Positions 57,990 to 64,000 of a stretch of 64,000 bases of DNA are shown here, in pieces (the first letter of the stretch is position 1; each line of letters opens with the position of its first letter). The notes below the pieces were generated by a model. It searched no databases, had not been told where the DNA came from, and was given only the letters and a program-made list of their open reading frames with translations. The DNA comes from Hydrurus foetidus (lineage: Eukaryota). Location: contig UYFQ01000290.1 of NCBI GenBank assembly GCA_900617105.1, positions 1 through 64,000 on the forward strand. Direction: 5' to 3'. Position numbers and translations under genes: made by a program.

Positions 57990-60379
57990 ATGATGCTGAA
58001 ACAATTGAATCATTTTGAAGCCAATCGTACAACTATCGTGGCTGCAATTTGTGCTTCTCCAGGCATCAGAAGAACTTTGTTATGATGATCTTATGATGGC
58101 ATCTAATCCTCTAGATATTGAGTACGGGAAGTTTCGTCCAACCACCTCACGAGTCAGAGCCGCAATATCAAAGGAACTGAATATGTATAGCAACGTAGCA
58201 AGATCATGCATTGCATCTAGGATAGAGATCAGAGATTGTCTAGTCCACATCGGACGAGCTTTCGAGGCCTACTTCTCTAGTGATATCATCTGCTTGATAG
58301 AGGTACAGTTTTCTGACGAATCACTGAAATCACAGTGACTCAAGCAAATCACGGAAATTTTTACTTTGTTGCATTCTCTGACTATGTCCATAGAAGGGAA
58401 TCAAGGAGATTATTGGACTGACTGGTCTCAGAACTCTATTTAGAATGATGTTTTTTCTGAATTTCCCGACGAGGCAGATAGAAACGCTCATGATGAATTT
58501 CGATCATGATAACATTGGCGAGATTTCTCTGTCTACAATTCTTGGAGCTGCTCAGCTGCATCACGATAAATGGAAACGGACTACTGATGAGTTAATCACG
58601 CGCAAGAGACTCCAGCTAGCGGGCTTGGATAGGAGCATTGGACGTTTAGAGTATACACGAACATTAGAAAATAGTAGGATAAAGGACATGGAAATTCTTG
58701 CAGAAATCATGGAGGTTCTGAGGAGAGTTTCCTATAATTTTGTTACTGCTAGGAATATTCTCAGAACAACGCTAGACAGAAGTATCATCATGAACTCAGC
58801 TCAATTCAAACGTCTACTTCAAGACTTGGATATCGATCTCACACTCAAACAATTCAGGGTATTACAGAAACACTATTGGACTAATGATCTTGGAGGATTA
58901 AATTTCTTGAAATTCCGGTTAGATTTCATTTCCTTGGGAGTGCAATTGTTGATACAATCGGAACAATCTCACGCACTCGGAATATTGATACCTTCACCAG
59001 GACTAGGGTTAGAATACCGGTGTGATCGGTCAGATATCATCGGCACATCTACTAGCAGATGTAGACTGAATATTCTAGAATATAAAGATGCTGTTAGCAA
59101 GAGTTCTTTGGTTTCGACTGTGTTCAGAGCGCGATCAAGCTCACCAGATCGAAGAAGAAATAAATTGGGAAGCGGAAGTGCGCATGGAAAAAAGTACACC
59201 TTTAACACGTACGATCCTAGGGGTGTCAAATTACCCCACACAGCTCCATCATTGGATTCAATAAACGACAACAAAGAAGACGAACTTGTAGGGAATGATT
59301 TCAATCATAGCGGAACATCGCCAAGAATTAGTGACCAACTTAAACTCGATAGATTTCTAGATGCTTTTTTTGGCGGGGGTGGTAGAGTTTCTTCCCCGTC
59401 TTCATCAATATTGTCTCCCGTCTCAACTACAGAACATTCTCCTGTTGATTCTTTTTCACGCCCACACACAGGGATGGGTAATAGAATATGGCACTGTGAC
59501 AAACATGATGAATACACATTCAACAACAGGTCTCCTAAAGGGAAGAAACTGGAATCTAGTCCACAGTCCACCCCGGTGAACACGTACATGCAAATCAGCC
59601 CGTACTTGCATCCGTCAGTACATCCTTGCGAACTTACACGAAGTAGTAATACCGTACCAATTATCAGAAAATCATTACGAATTTCTGATACTGATAATCA
59701 AGTCAAGTTACATACATCTGTACACTCTATGGGGAGACGGAAAATGAAAGCAATCTCGTCCCCTGGGGGCACAACTTTACCCGGTGTAGATATTTCGAGT
59801 GGCAAAAAAGTTTCTGTTTCTATGCAGAACACATTCAAGTGTCATAGTGCGGATAGAAAAATGACAAATTCTGATTTAGCTGATGATTCTAATAGTGGAC
59901 TTATTGCGGTTGTCGTTGATAATGGTGCTGTGTGTGGTGATAGTCATGAATCACTCCCTAAAGAGAAAGATTTTGATGGTACTTTCAGAGAATATGATGT
60001 GGATCTAATATCTGGAGTGAAAGAAAGCTGTGACGTATGTGATGACGTCACTATCGATAGAGATAACGTACAAACTGTACCGCAAAGTGGCGTGCGTTCA
60101 TTGACTGTCGGTTCACTTGAGTATCCTGTAGAAGCTGTTTCTTCTACTACTGATAAGAAAGACTTAGTGCGGTGCAACAATGATGATGAAATATCCATCT
60201 TAGCGGATGGTGATACTTCAACTTCAATCGAGGAATTGAATTCCACGAATCAGAATATTCTGACTATTTGGACCGAGGCAATTCGTATCCCCTGGGGTCC
60301 AGAAACACAAATATTGGATCGTGAAAATGTGCAGGAGGAGGATCTAGAACCAGATTCCGAAGAACTTACACGCAAATAG
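57990..60379 (+). CDS. Hypothetical protein with degenerate EF-hand-like N-terminal region and long disordered tail
   Basis: 644-aa ORF with FDHDNIGEISL; upstream ORF 58015-58338 is probably exon 1. Confidence 0.6.
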
Positions 60380-60783
60380 CGGCTGATTCAAAAAATGGTG
60401 GTTGCATTTTGTTAACTGTAACATGTCTGCATATGAATTCTCTTCATTGCTATATCATTACAATGATTTCATTTCCTACATTCATGATTGTGGGGTCTTC
60501 AATTTATTGGGGGTTTCAGATATAGACGTTGTGCGTGACATTTTTTGTTTTTCTACCAAATATCTTATGGGATGAATATTAATTTATTTTCAAAGTTTTC
60601 TTACACTGTTTATTTCGTGTGTTAAACTGATAGAAGAAGATTCTCGTAGATCGTTCACTGTTAAGTGAAGAGTGATTTCAAAGTCACTTCACTGAATTTT
60701 ATTGCCTTTAACACTCTGCAAATAAGTTCTTACAAAAATCCATAAAAGACCAAATATTTAGAAATTATTTAAAGATAACCATC

Positions 60784-63700
60784 TTAAAATGTCAAAAATT
60801 GGCGCACATTTAGACGAAAAAGTGTCAATTTCTGTGTGAATCTATCTCTGTTAGCCGTTTCAACGGACCGCTGAATGTCTGCTGTCAGCTTGGTGAATTC
60901 CTCTGTGAGCTTTTCTTGGTTTTCCTGAGTTTGGGTGCGCACCAGCTCCGACTGATAGTCTGGAAATTGTGGAGAAATTGGAGACGTTATGCAGTGACGC
61001 ACTTGTATTGAAAGAGTGTATTAAGTAGAGAAATGTCATCAACACAGTGAAATGTATCCGCATCAGATGATGACTTAGAGTTAAAATAGTTTTTCTTCTT
61101 TCGAACTTGAGTGTTACTTTCAAAGATACATTTAAGACGTTTAATTCTGCATTGGAGACATTGTTCAAAATACGATGCAGCGCAGTGCAGTGCATTGTGA
61201 TATGGTGCAGTGTGGTGTGGTCGGTATGATGTGGTGAGATGCGGTATAATGCAGTGTTGTATGGTGTAGTATAGTAAGGTGTTGTGCGGTATGATGTAAT
61301 AACTCACCAGCAAAGGAGGCCTCTGAAGCGAGCATGAGAGAGAGAATGGGCCTCGTGATGGCCCAGTGGTTGGCGTGTGGGGTAAGCAGCAGGGTGTTGA
61401 ACAGGGAGCTCATCAGCTGGTGCAGTACGTCAGGCTCGGATGCGATGTGCGTACGTATCATACTCACTGTAGGCTTCTCCTGTGAAAAAAATGATGGAGT
61501 GTGAAATTACAGTCAGTATTAGATCAAAGGATTGAGATGTAGTGTAGCATTCTTGAAGTTAATAGCGCAATAATGATCCAGAGTGAAGAACTAATCATTA
61601 TCAGGACAGAAAAAAAGGACTTTTACATAATAAAAAATCGTCCGTGAAGTGCTAATAAAGAAATGAAGTTGCAGCAAGGGGATTATAAGTTTTACCTTGG
61701 ATTGATTTAGGAACATGTATGTGGCGAGATGGTCCACAGTGCTGCAGCACAGAGAACACACTGTCAAATCTGCATAGAAAAAGAAGAAGAAACAGGAGAG
61801 GAGGAATAAGCTAAGGATAAAGAATAAGATGATGATGATGATGATGACATGTAAGAAGGAGAGAACTCGTGCTAGAAATCATACAGCAATTATTGTCATA
61901 ATGGAATTATACATATTGCTAATCCCGATGTACGTATTTACAGATCATTCACGAAATACAATCAAGACATGTATTAGTAATTCAGGCATAATAAAAAATA
62001 TTAGAATTGAATAGAATAGAATTGAATTGAATACGATATGATACAATACAATACACTACATTACGGCATAATAAAATCCAGTACCGCACAATACAATACA
62101 GAACAACGCAATAAAATATGGACGGAGAAATCATCTAGATTAGAATCAAACAGCCTTAAATCGAATAAGATCGAACAGAAAGGAATTTATTGGAGTAGAG
62201 TTTAATCAAACTGAGATAACAGAAATGCAATGCAATGCAAGCCACTCACCGCTTGACATAAGCCCTTCGTGATTAGTCTTGACAAGCTGTATGAAAACAG
62301 GAGAATCTAGACCGGACAACACGTCCAAATGATTGCGGAATAGAACCTCTAAGAACGCGAAATAGGCCTTGGAAAGTTTTACGTAAGCCAGTACGTCAGC
62401 CAAAGGTATTTGGAGACACACTTGCAAAGCGACATCGAAAGAGTTCTGTAGCGCTTTGTCTTCGTAGAGGTTAAACACACCGAAGTTGACGTAGTTGCCC
62501 GATAGAGCACACGTGAGTGTGTTGAGCATCAGTCGAATGCCTGATGGAAATGGAGAAAATATAACGATGAAAAATAATGACAACTGAAAAATTGGAAATA
62601 CGAAAAAATCAGAAATGATGATTATTAAGAACAAAAAGAATTAGGAAAACAAAGATGTAGAATAAAGGGAATTTGAAATATGAGGAGTTAATCTCGTACT
62701 AAATCAATGCGAATCTAACGGATAACAGAAATAACGTAAAACAAAGTAACAACAAATTCAGACAGCCATGCTCGCATACATACATAGACGATAAAGTATC
62801 ATTCCTTGGCACTATTCTCTTCTACTACACTGCTTGCATCACATGATACCTAGTACCGAATACCGATGATCACGAGATGATTCAAGATAGTTTCATCATA
62901 AGCATCATCATACCAAGCAATTCGTCACTATCAAGTATACTGACAGACTAAGCACCACAATGAGAGCGTCTAGACATCGTGATAGCACGCGTTCAGTGGT
63001 ACAGTAAACGTGATGAAGGATATGCTATATAACGTGATACATCTATCAAGTGTACCGCTTCACTGACGTACCTTTGTATTTCTCTAAGTAAATATCCGCT
63101 ATGACGGGCACTTGAAGAATGCGGCTGCCATACGCACACAGAATAGCACTAGTTTCGCGGAACAGAAGAATGCCGTGTGCGCTGGATTGCTCAAAGAATA
63201 TTCTTTGGCCTTTGTTTAGTACGAATTCCTTACGAGAAAATAATTGGTAGCGATAGTAAATGGATGAAAATGTTGTCATACTAATGTGATTACATTAGAC
63301 GCTACGTGCAGTTTATAGAGCACGCAAAACTTCGAAAAGAAGTGACAAGAAAATAAGCAAGTGAAAATAAAAAATAGACAAAGAGACGAATGAGTGAATC
63401 AATCAAGAAATGAAAAATGAATGAATAAATAAGATGTAAACAAATAATTCAGTGAAAGAATTCAATTCATTTTATTTCATAATCAAAAGATAAACTCTCA
63501 TGCATCGAATGCCAAGCACTGGTACTTTGCATAGTCTACCACATCCGAGAGATACATAGAAAATAAGAATTGATACATGATCTCAAGACATAATAGTTAT
63601 GATTTTGGTAATTATTTCTCACCTTCATGAATTTTAGTAGAGCAGTCATGACAGTGGCGTCATCATACCAAATCTCGGCCACTCTTACGAGGAGAGGAAA

Positions 63701-64000
63701 GGCATCCGGATAAAGCGCTTCGAACAGAAGGTTGTACGTTCTCTTGTTGTACGTACTCTCCGTAATTCCCCTAAGGTCTCGCAACGCTCCTAACAGAGCG
63801 ATTTTCACAGCTGGAGTACGTATGTCAGAAGTCTGACTTAGTTGCGCTATAATAGCTACATTAGGAACGATGAAAGTGTCGAATGAATTGTTAAGATCTT
63901 CTGAGGAAGAAAAGACAAGTCGACTCAATGCGGAGTAAAACGTTATCCGGTATTTATTGTCATTGTCATATCCTAAAAAAGGAAAATGAGTGCCGACATG
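60784..64000 (-). CDS. XPO7: Exportin-7 / RanBP16-17 (3' exons; 5' part lies beyond the window end)
   Basis: LRDLRGI, EFVLNKGQRIFFEQSSAHGILLFRETS, LSGNYVNFGVFNLYED, VDHLATY, HWAITRPILSL and NRDRFTQKLT. Confidence 0.93.
61175..61300. repeat. Degenerate pentanucleotide microsatellite (GCAGT/GGTGT type), intronic
   Basis: 5-nt periodicity inside an XPO7 intron; similar tracts at 37812-37955 and 62004-62110. Confidence 0.8.

Overview
Eukaryotic genomic DNA with spliceosomal introns, probably from a plastid-bearing stramenopile. That assignment is an inference from diatom-type copia elements, one protein with bipartite-like plastid targeting, and microsatellite-filled introns. Bases 1-20 kb are a nest of four LTR retrotransposons. 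A minus-strand Ty1/copia element is interrupted twice, 624 bp apart and in opposite orientations, by two copies of one Ty3/gypsy chromovirus. That chromovirus has 195-bp LTRs, a 4-bp TSD, a single gag-pol ORF, an N/Q/G-rich Gag tail, and a 12-bp palindrome where a tRNA PBS should be. A second, intact copia with identical 340-bp LTRs and a 5-bp TSD sits 20 bp away, head-to-head. Bases 20-64 kb are gene-dense: a METTL21/23-like methyltransferase, RPC11, an LRR-IQ-WW-B-box protein, a FYVE protein, an MRM1-like SpoU methyltransferase, propionyl-CoA synthetase, FIP1, RPA49, exportin-7 and several hypothetical genes. Interspersed are a non-autonomous hAT element carrying a zinc-finger fragment, two MITE/foldback hairpins, a telomere-like (TTCTAGG)n array, minisatellites and a decayed Crinkler-type PD-(D/E)xK nuclease gene. 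All calls come from reading the sequence by eye; no database searches were run, and multi-exon boundaries are approximate.
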